Assembly (NCBI GenBank): GCA_964632795.1
Contig: CAZWEZ010000001.1
Coordinates: forward strand, 45,922 to 109,921
Reading direction: 5' to 3'
Source of the DNA: an uncultured Thalassospiraceae bacterium
GTDB taxonomy: Bacteria; Pseudomonadota; Alphaproteobacteria; Rhodospirillales; 2-02-FULL-58-16
DNA: 64,000 nt
This document shows positions 27,966-37,606 of the stretch, one piece after another; position 1 is the stretch's first letter; every line of letters starts with the position of its first letter. A program made the position numbers and the translations under genes. Below the pieces are notes generated by a model. That model was not told where the DNA came from and ran no database searches. It was given only the letters and a program-made list of their open reading frames with translations.

Positions 27966-28547
27966 TCAAGCCGGCGGCACCTTTTTGATCGGACCGTCTT
28001 CGCGCAGATCGACTTCGCGGTGGATCAAGTTGTAGTGACACTCGATGCACGTTTTCTTTTCCTCCAGAGCCAACTTGTGAGCTTCCCGCCCTTTGATTCG
28101 CCGGAGCTTGATCTCGGCCTCGATATGACAACTCCGGCAGGTGACGCTGTCGTTTTCCATAAACCGGTCGCGCACCCGGTAGGCCATTGCCGCCCGCGGG
28201 GGGATCCATTCGCCCGCGCGCTCGGCGTCGCGATCCCGGAAATGGCCGAACAAATCCGATACCTGGGCGAAATGGGCGTAGGCAAAGGTCGCCTTCCAGA
28301 AACCCTTGGGCAGATGGCAATCGACGCATTTCCCCTGCACAGGCGAAGAAGGATGGATCTTGGACGCCGACAGCCGGGCCAAGCCATCGTACTCCCATGG
28401 AAAATGGCAATAGACGCATACGATGTCTTGGGCGAAGAAGTTGCGGGTCACCGGCTCGAAGGCGAACAGCCCGCCGATCACGGCCGCAACGATCGATGCG
28501 ACAAGGAGTCTTGTGACGCGGGGTGAGAACATCTTGAAGAGAAACAC
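27966..28547 (-). CDS. NapC/NirT-family membrane-anchored tetraheme cytochrome
   Basis: 193 aa. N-terminal TM helix. Heme sites CVYCH, CVDCH, CRSCH, CIECH. Confidence 0.85.
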   Translation of the reverse strand: MFLFKMFSPRVTRLLVASIVAAVIGGLFAFEPVTRNFFAQDIVCVYCHFPWEYDGLARLSASKIHPSSPVQGKCVDCHLPKGFWKATFAYAHFAQVSDLFGHFRDRDAERAGEWIPPRAAMAYRVRDRFMENDSVTCRSCHIEAEIKLRRIKGREAHKLALEEKKTCIECHYNLIHREVDLREDGPIKKVPPA

Positions 28548-28714
28548 GGTTTTTCCCTTGCAATCAAAAAAGCTTGTGAGGCATGGCTGTCAGCCTGGAT
28601 ATGTCATGAAGGCGCTGGCGAACGGAAAGCCATGACGCGTTTCCAAAGTGTCGAGCCGGTTCCCATGGATTCCCCCATGAATATCCGGGTTGGTTATCGG
28701 GGGTCGACTTCCAC

Positions 28715-30130
28715 TCACCCCCCGCTATCAAGCAGATCGATGGAATCCTCGAAGTTGGCGAACGCCTCATCGAGGATCATGATCGAGTATTTCTTGTTGT
28801 GGACAGCGTTGCCGATGCGGACGATATCCAGGAATTCCTGTCCCTTGACGATCATTTTCCTGGCCTCGGCGATCTTCTCGCCGCTGACATTGCCCTCGGC
28901 CGCGGACAGCGCCTGCAGGGCCTCTTTTTCGGCCTCGATAATGAACTCGAGTTCCTTATCGGTCACCTTCTTCCAGTCGTCGAGCATCTTGTCGTGCTCG
29001 GGCGTGTGACATCCAACGCAGGCCTTGCCGTCGCTGGTCTGCACCGTACGGCCCTTGCTGTGCTTGGTCTTGAGGTGGCAGCCCATGCAATTGGTGTTGA
29101 CCGCGGCCATGAGGTTGGGAGTCGCCGCAACGTTCTCGCCGACCGCCTCGCCGGCAAGCAGCTGTTTTTGCTGTTTGTGCTCATCCAGGTGGCACAGCGC
29201 GCAGTTGGCCCGCGCCAGTTCGAGATGGTCGGGCTGGTTCTTGTGCTCGATAACGTCGTGGCAGTCGAAGCAGAGCGCCTTGCGGGTGGCGACGTGCTTC
29301 TCGTGCATCAGTTTCTTCTTTTGCCATTTGGCCAGGTCAGCGGGGTCGTTGTGGCAATCTCCGCAGTTTTCCTGCCTGACCTGGCCCTCGCCCTTGATCT
29401 CCTGGAGATGACAGCTCTCGCAGGGAACCTTCGCCTCCTGGAGGGTTTGATGGGTGATGGGTTTGGCGTTGGGATCGTCGGTCTTCATCTGGCTCTGCAG
29501 GGATTTTGTCGGAATGGTGTGGCAGAGCGCGCACTTGCCGCGTTCCTTGTTGAAACCGACCTTCTTGAAGTGGCACAGATAACAGGTCTCCTTGGGCACC
29601 TCGAAATGCTTCTTGGGCGAGGCCTTGACGTGGCAGGTCCCGCAACGGAGTTCTTGGCCCTCGATCACAAGGGCCATGGGCGATTTTGCGAAATGGCCCT
29701 TGTGGTTGAAGACCACCTTCTTGGTGTACTCGATTTTCTTGTCCTCGAACCTCTCCTTGATGTGGCAGTCCGAACGCAGGCATGACTCGTCGCTGACATT
29801 GGCGCGATTGCTCAAGGGCGCATCGGGTTCGGCGAGATAGGTGAAGATTTCCGAGAGAAGGGTGTACTTGGCTTTCCAGGAGGACTCCTCGCCCGGGGCG
29901 AAGTGGCAGGCGACGCATTCGGCTTGCTTGTGCTTGAGGTTGTTCTTTGAATTGTGTTTGGAGGCCTTCCAGGCGTCGTATTGCTCGGTCATGATGTGGC
30001 AGCTGCCGCCACAAAAGGATGATTGCGTGTAGTAGTAGTCGGCGCCGATGACGGCAGCAGCCCCCAGGGAAATCACGGCGAATATAGCTACGAAGATAAT
30101 TTTCCATCCGAAAGAAAAATTGAGTGCCAT
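28715..30130 (-). CDS. Membrane-anchored dodecaheme cytochrome (module 3)
   Basis: 471 aa. FCGGSCHIMTEQYDAWKASKH (CX3CH), CLRSDCH (CX4CH) and 10 CXXCH sites. Same C-terminal tail (NAVHNKKYSIMILDEAFANFED). Confidence 0.9.
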   Translation of the reverse strand: MALNFSFGWKIIFVAIFAVISLGAAAVIGADYYYTQSSFCGGSCHIMTEQYDAWKASKHNSKNNLKHKQAECVACHFAPGEESSWKAKYTLLSEIFTYLAEPDAPLSNRANVSDESCLRSDCHIKERFEDKKIEYTKKVVFNHKGHFAKSPMALVIEGQELRCGTCHVKASPKKHFEVPKETCYLCHFKKVGFNKERGKCALCHTIPTKSLQSQMKTDDPNAKPITHQTLQEAKVPCESCHLQEIKGEGQVRQENCGDCHNDPADLAKWQKKKLMHEKHVATRKALCFDCHDVIEHKNQPDHLELARANCALCHLDEHKQQKQLLAGEAVGENVAATPNLMAAVNTNCMGCHLKTKHSKGRTVQTSDGKACVGCHTPEHDKMLDDWKKVTDKELEFIIEAEKEALQALSAAEGNVSGEKIAEARKMIVKGQEFLDIVRIGNAVHNKKYSIMILDEAFANFEDSIDLLDSGG

Positions 30131-30491
30131 ATTATCATCCTCTCTGGATAACCGCGCACGATTGCCGTTATCTTTACATCCGAGTTATTTAGAGGGTTTG
30201 AATTCTGGGTGTATGCGGCGGGGCAACAGCAGTCCACGGAATCGGCCGTGAATCGGGCTGGAGGGAATTTCGCGTCACCTTTACTCCCTCACGACTGAGC
30301 ATGCGCCCTACGTACCACGGCTTTTTTTATTATGCAATGCCAAAACGACGGCCCGGCCTCGACAGAAAGCCGGCTTGTCCCGTCGTACCGACAATTATTG
30401 TTCGATTACTACTCACCATGGTCTGCAGGGAATATTACCTTCGGAAATTATGTTAATTTCAAGTATTGCGGAGAGATCGTTTCGGACAAGG

Positions 30492-31142
30492 TTAATTCGA
30501 TAGCATGCGGATATAGGCGGCCACATCGATAATTTCCGAGTCGCTGAATATCCCCTCCCACGGCGGCATGAATGTTTTTTGACCTTTCCGGATCGCTTTA
30601 ATGATGTCTTCGTCGCTTATCCCCTTCATGTCCTCTTTATTTGTGTAATCGATCACGGTAATTTGTATCAGGTGAGAAAGGAGGCCCTTTCCCTTGCCCC
30701 TTTTTCCATGGCATGACTTACAGGCACTATTATAGATAGCCCTGCCTCGGCGTGTGTCTCCCCTGAACTTGAGATCTTTCTTGTTCAAATTCTTAATGTG
30801 CGACGCGACATCGATCAATTCCTTCTTGGACAGCACCATGCCCCAGCTCGGCATTTTCGTAACATCGATCTGCCGGTAGTCCCCAATGGTGACGGCTAGA
30901 TCGTAAATGTTTTTTTCCTGATATTTCTTTGAAGCAAGATCCGAGGGTTCAATCTTAAGTTTTACTGCGACAGGCCCCTTGCTCTTGCCGTCCATCCCAT
31001 GGCAAACAAAGCAGTATCCGCGATAAAGATTGGCGCCCAGTAAAGGATTTGGTTCTTCTTGCGCGTATGTGACCATGGACAGTGTCACTGCCGAGATGAA
31101 TGCTGCAAACCACATCACTGATTTCATCTTAACATTTCCCAA
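30492..31142 (-). CDS. Periplasmic diheme cytochrome c (paralog of 22841..23485)
   Basis: 216 aa. Signal peptide. CFVCHG and CKSCHG sites. Colinear with the module 2 diheme protein. Confidence 0.85.
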   Translation of the reverse strand: MGNVKMKSVMWFAAFISAVTLSMVTYAQEEPNPLLGANLYRGYCFVCHGMDGKSKGPVAVKLKIEPSDLASKKYQEKNIYDLAVTIGDYRQIDVTKMPSWGMVLSKKELIDVASHIKNLNKKDLKFRGDTRRGRAIYNSACKSCHGKRGKGKGLLSHLIQITVIDYTNKEDMKGISDEDIIKAIRKGQKTFMPPWEGIFSDSEIIDVAAYIRMLSN

Positions 31143-31837
31143 GTTTCACGCGTTTAACTCCAGTTCTTGGAACAAACTTCTCCCGAGTGTGTCGCTCTCG
31201 GTCCTTGAACACAAGATTGCATCATGCGACGAGTCTGAGCGACTTTGCCGCGTTTCACTGCTTTGGGGCCAGTTCACGGTTCAACGACCAACGCCATCAG
31301 GATTCGGCGAACCATGCAACAGCCTCTGGCACATGGTAAACGGGGACGAGCCTCGCTTGCCCCATATGGCTCCCGGCCCCTCGACAGCAACCTCCCATGT
31401 ATAATATTAGATTTCAGTAATGTCCAGAATCTTCTGCAAATTGGTTCGCTCATGGTGCCGGTAATTCCCCGAGTATGGACGCTCTGAAGACATTGGCGAC
31501 CATGGCGTCATAGGTGGGCCTACAAATAGGAACGCCCGCATGATGGACTCGCCAACGGACCGCCAACCAATCGGCCGGCTGAGGCGGATGAACCGCACGG
31601 TCAATAGGCTCACGTTTCCCGAAAGAACATCCGCCTTGCGGCCGGCAAGCCATTGGGAACCACAGAGGATATCGTTGATTGTCCAACCGGATGCCATGAG
31701 GGGAGTGGTGCGGTCTGCGTGACCGTCGAGGAGATCAAACAGCATCCGTATTTCGCCCACCGGACGGGCGGATGGAGCGCCTTTACGACGAGGCCCTCCG
31801 GTATTATCGGCGCCAGGACGCCGCCCCCTTGAAATGA

Positions 31838-31884
31838 TTGGTCGGAGCGGCCGGATTCGAACCGGCGACCCCTACACCCCCAGT
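31838..31884. repeat. att direct repeat (displaced 3' part of tRNA-Pro)
   Basis: 47 bp TTGGTCGGAGCGGCCGGATTCGAACCGGCGACCCCTACACCCCCAGT, identical to 44698..44744. Confidence 0.9.
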
Positions 31885-32059
31885 ATATTTACCCCCTCCC
31901 CTAACCCCTTGAAAAGTATAGTGATCCAGGCCTGAAAACACCTTTGTTCTCAAGGGTTTATTTTTTGGTTTACGATTTGGTCAACTTCGAGGTAAAATAG
32001 GTTTACCTGATAATTTACCGGGAAATTTTACTCAAATTTTACCCGAGAGGGAGATCGAG

Positions 32060-33370
32060 ATGCCAAAGAAGGGGTACCAGAAGCGACGGCGGACACTCAC
32101 GCCAGCCTTCGTCATGAACTGTAAGAAGCCGAAACAGGGGGCGGTGTACTGGACCGATGAGGGGCACGTACCCGGCCTGACCTTCCACGTCGATCACGTC
32201 GGCAAGAGGACCTTCCGCTTCATGTACCGGGTCCTGGTGGGGAAGGAACGGGGGCCAACTCGAAAGTTGACCCTGGGCACTTATCCACAGATGACGCTTG
32301 CCGATGCCCGTTCCGAAGCGGCGAAGTATCACGATATGGCGAAGGACGGCATCGACCCCAAGGTGCAGCGCGACGAGGCGACGCTGGCGGTACAGCGGGA
32401 GGCCAGCAAGACCTTCAAGTCATACGCCGAGGACTACGCCGAGGCGGCGCTGGCCAGCAAGAAGGTCCGTCGATCAAAGGGCGGACCCGGGACCATCAGC
32501 CTGGAGGCGGCGAAGACCAGGGCCAGGGACCTCCGGGACGTCGTGATACCAGCCCTTGGTCATCGTCCGATCGCGGACATAACCAGGGCTGAGATCGCCG
32601 CCTTCCTGGACATGGTAGAGAAGGAGAAGAAGGCCCAAACTCGCGTCGATCGGATGTTGATCGCCATCAAGGCCGTCTTCAACTTCGCCGTCATGCGCGG
32701 CTACGTCGATGAGAGCCCGGCGCGCTCCATCGACACCAGGGCCGTCTTGAAGAAGCGCGACCACTCCCTAAACGACGACGAGATCAAGCCCGTATGGGAC
32801 GCCGCTGGCGCCGTCGGGGGGTCATTTGGGGCGGTGATCCGGATGCTCATGCTCACCGGCCAGCGGCTGGGGGAAATGGCAAAGGCAAGGTGGAGCGCCG
32901 TTGACTTCGACGAGGCCACGATGATGTTCCCCGGCGGGACCACCAAGCCTGGGCGAGACCACCTGATCCCCCTCTCCCGCCCGGCCATCGACGTGCTCTT
33001 ATCCCTACCCCGTGGTGGTGACAACGACCTCATATTCGGGCCGACTCTCATAACAGATAATTGGAAAAGGTTGATGCCGAAGCTCTACAAGGCAACGAGG
33101 GGCGAGGTCCGCCACTGGACCGCACACGATCTTCGGAGAACGGTGGCAGAGGGTTTGTCAAAACTGGACTACCACGACATGATTGTCGCCCTGATCCTCA
33201 ATCATGCGCCCGGCAAGGGAATGCAAACGACCCGCGATTATGTCCGAAAAGATCCAGTGAACTTGAAAGAGAAGCCGCTGAAAGATTGGGCCAAACACGT
33301 CATGAAAATCGTCAATCCGCCGCCGGACGGCGAGGTCGTCGATTTTCCGAGTAGGAGGAAGACGGCATGA
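32060..33370 (+). CDS. P4-type tyrosine integrase
   Basis: 436 aa. N-terminal arm-binding region (GLTFHVDHVGKRTFRFMYR). Catalytic region WTAHDLRRTVAEGL...NHAPGKGMQTTRDYVR (R..HxxR..Y). Confidence 0.92.
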   Translation: MPKKGYQKRRRTLTPAFVMNCKKPKQGAVYWTDEGHVPGLTFHVDHVGKRTFRFMYRVLVGKERGPTRKLTLGTYPQMTLADARSEAAKYHDMAKDGIDPKVQRDEATLAVQREASKTFKSYAEDYAEAALASKKVRRSKGGPGTISLEAAKTRARDLRDVVIPALGHRPIADITRAEIAAFLDMVEKEKKAQTRVDRMLIAIKAVFNFAVMRGYVDESPARSIDTRAVLKKRDHSLNDDEIKPVWDAAGAVGGSFGAVIRMLMLTGQRLGEMAKARWSAVDFDEATMMFPGGTTKPGRDHLIPLSRPAIDVLLSLPRGGDNDLIFGPTLITDNWKRLMPKLYKATRGEVRHWTAHDLRRTVAEGLSKLDYHDMIVALILNHAPGKGMQTTRDYVRKDPVNLKEKPLKDWAKHVMKIVNPPPDGEVVDFPSRRKTA

Positions 33371-33723
33371 CCACGAAGAAGCAACGAGTCCGCGCCCGGG
33401 CCGTCCTGAGCGACGTGTTCGAGCTCACGGGAAAGCTGGACGAAGGCGCGTCCCCCGAGGCAATGGCCTCGACGGCCATCGACAGGATCGAGCGGGAGCG
33501 GGCTGAGGCCAAGAACCGGCTCGACGAGACGGGAGACCGCCTCGTCAAGATGAGTGACCTGAGGGACCTGATCGGGCTCTCCCGGCAGGCGATCTACAAG
33601 AGGATAAGGCGCGGCACCTTCCCCAAGCCCATAGACCTGGGCGGTGAGGGTCCGGGGCACCGGGTGGCCTGGAAGATGTCGGAGATCACGGCCTGGCTCC
33701 AGGAGCGGGCGGCGGCGCGATGA
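33367..33723 (+). CDS. AlpA-family phage transcriptional regulator / excisionase-like protein
   Basis: ATGA overlap with the integrase stop. 'LIGLSRQAIYKRIRRGTFPKPIDLG...RVAWKMSEITAWL' is the AlpA HTH pattern. Confidence 0.8.
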   Translation: MTTKKQRVRARAVLSDVFELTGKLDEGASPEAMASTAIDRIERERAEAKNRLDETGDRLVKMSDLRDLIGLSRQAIYKRIRRGTFPKPIDLGGEGPGHRVAWKMSEITAWLQERAAAR

Positions 33724-33847
33724 GGCCGTAGCGTCTTCACCGGAGGCTGACGGCGGGGGGTGGCTGAACGGCCGCCCCTTCGCATGGGGGTTTATCCACC
33801 TAGCCCCGCAAGGTATACTAAATATTCCTTGTCATGGAGGAAGACCG

Positions 33848-34015
33848 ATGTCCGACACTGTGTTCACCTTCAAGGGTGGTCCCGAGCTCGAAGAGCTGAT
33901 CCAGCGGGAGCAAGAACGGCTCGCCCAACCCGGCGTGCGCGTCTCCCGCTCGGACGCCATCCGGTCCCTGGTGATGCGGGGAAGCGCGGCCGTCGATCGA
34001 CCGGAGGAAGATTGA
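33848..34015 (+). CDS. Small ribbon-helix-helix-like protein (55 aa)
   Basis: Internal ATG 33848 of ORF 33644..34015. 'TFKGGPELEELIQREQERL...VSRSDAIRSLVMRG' looks like a CopG/RHH beta-alpha-alpha unit. Confidence 0.5.
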   Translation: MSDTVFTFKGGPELEELIQREQERLAQPGVRVSRSDAIRSLVMRGSAAVDRPEED

Positions 34016-34092
34016 CGACAAGGAAACGCCCACCGGGGGTACCGGCGGGCGCTGTATTCGGTTGAAACGACCCCTGTGGAAAGGAAGCTTCG

Positions 34093-36714
34093 ATGTCCAA
34101 ACTACCCCAAAAACCCGCTGACGTAAACCCGATCGACTTCCTGCGGCGGTGGGAGCCCGAGGGGCCGTGGCTGCTGACGGCCATCGTGCCGGACGGGCGA
34201 GTCGATACCCGGTCCTTCGGCGCGGGGGACGAAAAGGCCCTCACCTCATGGCTCGACGGCGAGCGTAACCACTACTTCTCGGTCAACCGCCCCCGGGACG
34301 GCGTCACCGGCAAGGCGTCGAAGCCGGACATAGGGTACGCCCTGGCTCTACACGTGGACGTCGATCCCCGGATCAACGAGGACTTCGACGAGGAGCGGGC
34401 GAGAATCATGGCGCGGATCGAGGCCTTCGAGCCCCGACCGTCGGTGGTGATCGACTCCGGGGGCGGGTACCAGGCCTTCTGGCTGCTCCGCGAACCCGCG
34501 CCGGTCGAGGACGGTGGGGCCGAGGTCGAGGGGTACAACAGGCGGCTCGAGGCGCTCCTCGAGGGCGACCACTGCCACGACGTGAGCCGGATAATGCGGC
34601 TGCCGGGGACGACCAACAACCCCACGGAGAAGAAACGGGCCGCGGGCCGGATCCCGGCGCCGACCGCCCTCGTCCGGGCCGACTGGGACCTGCGGTACGA
34701 CCTGGAGGACTTCGAGACCGCCGGCGCAGGTCCCACGGCCTCGGACGTAGAGGTAGACGTGGACATACCCGCCGATGCCGGCGCCAAGATGTCGGACCTG
34801 GGCGGCCTGCCCGACGACCTCCGGCGCCTGATCGAGGACCCCCGGGCCGTCGATGACTACAAGGGCGACCGCTCCCGCCTCGTGTATGCCGTGGCCACTG
34901 GGTTGGTCCGGCTGAAATGGAGCAACGCCGATATTGCCGACGTGCTGCTCTTTAAGGATGACGGGCCAATATCGAAGCATGTCCACAAGCAAGGGAAAGG
35001 GCGAGAATACGCCAAGCGCCAGATTGCCCGGGCAAGGGCGGCGACCAGGAAGCCGACCGAGGCCGAGGTCCGCGAGTTTGCCGAAGAGGGCGACGCCTCG
35101 AACCCCGGAAGCTACGCCTCGGCGCTGGTCTCAAAGTGCATCGCCGCAGGCCTGAGCATCGTCAAGGTCGGGCCGATCTTCAAGATCGCCGCCCGGCACC
35201 TGGACGTGAACACCACCGAACTCAAGGCGCTCTGGCGGGAACGCTCCAAGGATGACGACGACGAAGCGCCAACCCAGGGGGCAATCCTCCTGGGCATCCT
35301 CGACGAGGCCGACCTCTGGCACGACCAGGACAAAGTCGGCTTCGCCACCTTCAAGCGCGACGGCCACCGCGAGAGCGTGCGGTTGAAAAGTAAGCGATTC
35401 AAGGAGTGGCTCAATTGGCGCTTCCACACCGAGACCGGCAAGGCACCGGCACGGGAGGCCATCAAGGGAGTGATCGCCAACGCCGAGGCGCGGGCCTTCT
35501 ACGACGGCACGGAACACCGCTCCTGGATCAGAGTCGCCGAACACGAAGGCCGCATCTATCTCGACCTGGGCGACGACGCCTGGACGATCATCGAGATAGA
35601 CGAGACCGGGTGGCGCGTCGTGAAAGACCCATCCGTCCGTTTCCGCCGAGGCGGTGGCCAGGCCCTCCCGATGCCGGTCCCAGGTGGCAAGGTCGAGGAG
35701 ATCTGGGAATTTATCAACGTGACCGACGAAGGCGACCGCAAGCTAATCCTCGGCTGGGCCGTCTGTAACTACCGGCCACGTCGTCCATTTACGATCCTCG
35801 ACTATTGGGGGGAGTCTGGCTCGGCGAAGACGACCGCGATGAGAGTCTCACGTAAATTCATCGACCCCTGTACCGCCGAGGCGAAGGGGATGCCAAAGAC
35901 AGAAGACGACCTGATGGTGGCGGCGGCGAACAATTGGGTATTCTCCGCCGACAACGTATCGAAGCTCACCTCGGATATGGGCGACGCCCTATGCCGCCTA
36001 TCCACCGGCGGCGGGCTCAGCAAGCGTGAGCTGTTCACGGACGGCGACGAGTTCACCCTCGACGCCCTACGCCCGATCATCATGACCGGGCTCTCGCTGA
36101 TCTCGGGGCAACAGGACCTCCTGAACCGGACGCTGCTGGTACGGCTCCCGAACCTCGCCGAAGCGGACATGGAGGATGAGGCCAAGTTCTGGCCAAGATT
36201 CGAGGAGGCCCACCCACGTATCCTCGGCGCGCTGCTCGACGCCGTTTCAACGGCGATCCGAAGACTCCCCGACGTGAAGCTCGACTCGATGCCGCGTATG
36301 GCCGATTTCGCCAAATGGAGTGAGGCCGCTGGGGAGGCCTTCGGTTGGCAACCGGGGGAGTTTGTCAAGGCGTATCAGGCGGCGCGCCAAGACCTCTTCA
36401 AGAACGTCGCCGAGACCGACCTCCTCACGAAAGTCATCGTGGAATACCTGGGCTCTACCGAGGGCGGTGAACTCAAGGGCACGGCGACCGAGTTGTTGGA
36501 AACACTTGATTCATGGTTGGACGACAAGGACCCGCGGAAACATGCGAAGGGATGGCCGACGAACGGCGTCTGGATGTCGCGGCGACTCAATGAAATTCCG
36601 CTCGGCCTCCGTGCCGCCGGCGTCACATTCGAGGCGGGCAAGGACCAGGGGCTCAACGTCTATACACTCACGCTGATGGACAAGGGAAGCCCGGACACTG
36701 AAATACCGTTCTAG
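34093..36714 (+). CDS. Replication protein: AEP-type primase domain fused to a P-loop NTPase (primase/helicase-like)
   Basis: 873 aa. AEP motifs LALHVDVD, VIDSGGGYQAFWLL and HDVSRIMRLPGTTN. Walker A GESGSAKTT lies in the C-terminal half. Confidence 0.8.
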   Translation: MSKLPQKPADVNPIDFLRRWEPEGPWLLTAIVPDGRVDTRSFGAGDEKALTSWLDGERNHYFSVNRPRDGVTGKASKPDIGYALALHVDVDPRINEDFDEERARIMARIEAFEPRPSVVIDSGGGYQAFWLLREPAPVEDGGAEVEGYNRRLEALLEGDHCHDVSRIMRLPGTTNNPTEKKRAAGRIPAPTALVRADWDLRYDLEDFETAGAGPTASDVEVDVDIPADAGAKMSDLGGLPDDLRRLIEDPRAVDDYKGDRSRLVYAVATGLVRLKWSNADIADVLLFKDDGPISKHVHKQGKGREYAKRQIARARAATRKPTEAEVREFAEEGDASNPGSYASALVSKCIAAGLSIVKVGPIFKIAARHLDVNTTELKALWRERSKDDDDEAPTQGAILLGILDEADLWHDQDKVGFATFKRDGHRESVRLKSKRFKEWLNWRFHTETGKAPAREAIKGVIANAEARAFYDGTEHRSWIRVAEHEGRIYLDLGDDAWTIIEIDETGWRVVKDPSVRFRRGGGQALPMPVPGGKVEEIWEFINVTDEGDRKLILGWAVCNYRPRRPFTILDYWGESGSAKTTAMRVSRKFIDPCTAEAKGMPKTEDDLMVAAANNWVFSADNVSKLTSDMGDALCRLSTGGGLSKRELFTDGDEFTLDALRPIIMTGLSLISGQQDLLNRTLLVRLPNLAEADMEDEAKFWPRFEEAHPRILGALLDAVSTAIRRLPDVKLDSMPRMADFAKWSEAAGEAFGWQPGEFVKAYQAARQDLFKNVAETDLLTKVIVEYLGSTEGGELKGTATELLETLDSWLDDKDPRKHAKGWPTNGVWMSRRLNEIPLGLRAAGVTFEAGKDQGLNVYTLTLMDKGSPDTEIPF

Positions 36715-36720
36715 GCTCCG

Positions 36721-36840
36721 GGCGGTAAAACGGTAAAAGCGGTATTTTTCTCACCTTAATAGGGACCTAAAAAACACACCTTATTCTTTTTCACCTACCT
36801 ATTAAGATCGGGAAAATACCGCTTTTACCGCTTTACCGCC
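36721..36840. repeat. Nested inverted repeat with iteron-like GGTAAAA units (ori-like)
   Basis: Outer arms are GGCGGTAAAACGGTAAAAGCGGTATTTTT (36721..36749) and GAAAATACCGCTTTTACCGCTTTACCGCC (36812..36840), 27/29 complementary. An inner CCTTAATAGG/CCTATTAAG pair and an AT-rich centre lie between them. Confidence 0.8.
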
Positions 36841-37213
36841 CCGGGATGGCCCTCCTGAGTGGGCAAAAACGCGACGGGACGCCCACGCCGCTGCCCCGAG
36901 AAAAACACGCCCTCCCCGACCCCTCCGAAACGGCGAGCACTATAGTAGAGGTGTAAGGGTCAAATAACCCGTAATCCTTTGTGGATAAGGGTTTGACCGC
37001 CAACCCACCAGTGGGGGGTTTACGCTCGATCAAATTTAGGTTAAATTTCCGTCCATAGATCGCCCCCGAACCGTTGGCCAATGGCCACCCCTTCACCGGC
37101 CGATCGCAGCCGCTTCGGCAGTGCCGGACGGTCCCGTCAATGGCGGGTTCCCAGCGACAGTGTCGCATCCGTTTCACCGTCCCCCGCTTGGGGCACAACG
37201 GCAGGATTCCGTG

Positions 37214-37606
37214 ATGAGCAAGGACACGAACGCCAGCAAGGTCTCCAACGGCTCGTGCCTGTGGGTCGAGCCCACCGACGGCCGCCGCGCCCCGGCCCGT
37301 CGCTACCGGGACCTCTACAACGACCTCCTGATCGAGATCGGGGGTCCGGGGCCGAAGATCACCGAGCCCCAACGCCAGCTATGCCGCCGCGCCGCCGGCC
37401 TGATGATCCTGGCCGAGCGCAGCGAGTGCGCGATGGCCAACGGTGAGGTGGTCGATCCGGGTGCCTACGTGAAGATATGCGGCTCCCTGTCGCGGGTCCT
37501 CGTCGCCTTGGGCATCGAGCCCGCCCCTCCGGGCCAGGAGGAGGCAACCCCGACCCTGGCCTCCTACTTCGCCCCCCATGGTGGCGACGCGCCGGGCAAT
37601 GATTGA
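37214..37606 (+). CDS. Putative small terminase subunit / hypothetical phage protein
   Basis: Internal ATG 37214 of ORF 37121..37606. Immediately precedes and overlaps the large terminase. No motif recognised, so the call is positional. Confidence 0.4.
   Translation: MSKDTNASKVSNGSCLWVEPTDGRRAPARRYRDLYNDLLIEIGGPGPKITEPQRQLCRRAAGLMILAERSECAMANGEVVDPGAYVKICGSLSRVLVALGIEPAPPGQEEATPTLASYFAPHGGDAPGND

Noticed and set aside
31407-31760. 117-aa minus-strand ORF in the lower-GC spacer between the diheme cytochrome gene and attL.
   Set aside because: No motif and no clear RBS, and its composition changes midway. It may be a gene relic, but the evidence is insufficient.
36833-37372. 179-aa minus-strand ORF in the island's non-coding region between the ori-like repeat and the terS-like gene.
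   Set aside because: Opposite to the uniformly plus-strand island genes. It overlaps the terS-like start and shows no coding-like composition. The roughly 370-bp region may hold regulatory or pac sequences, but I could not define any.
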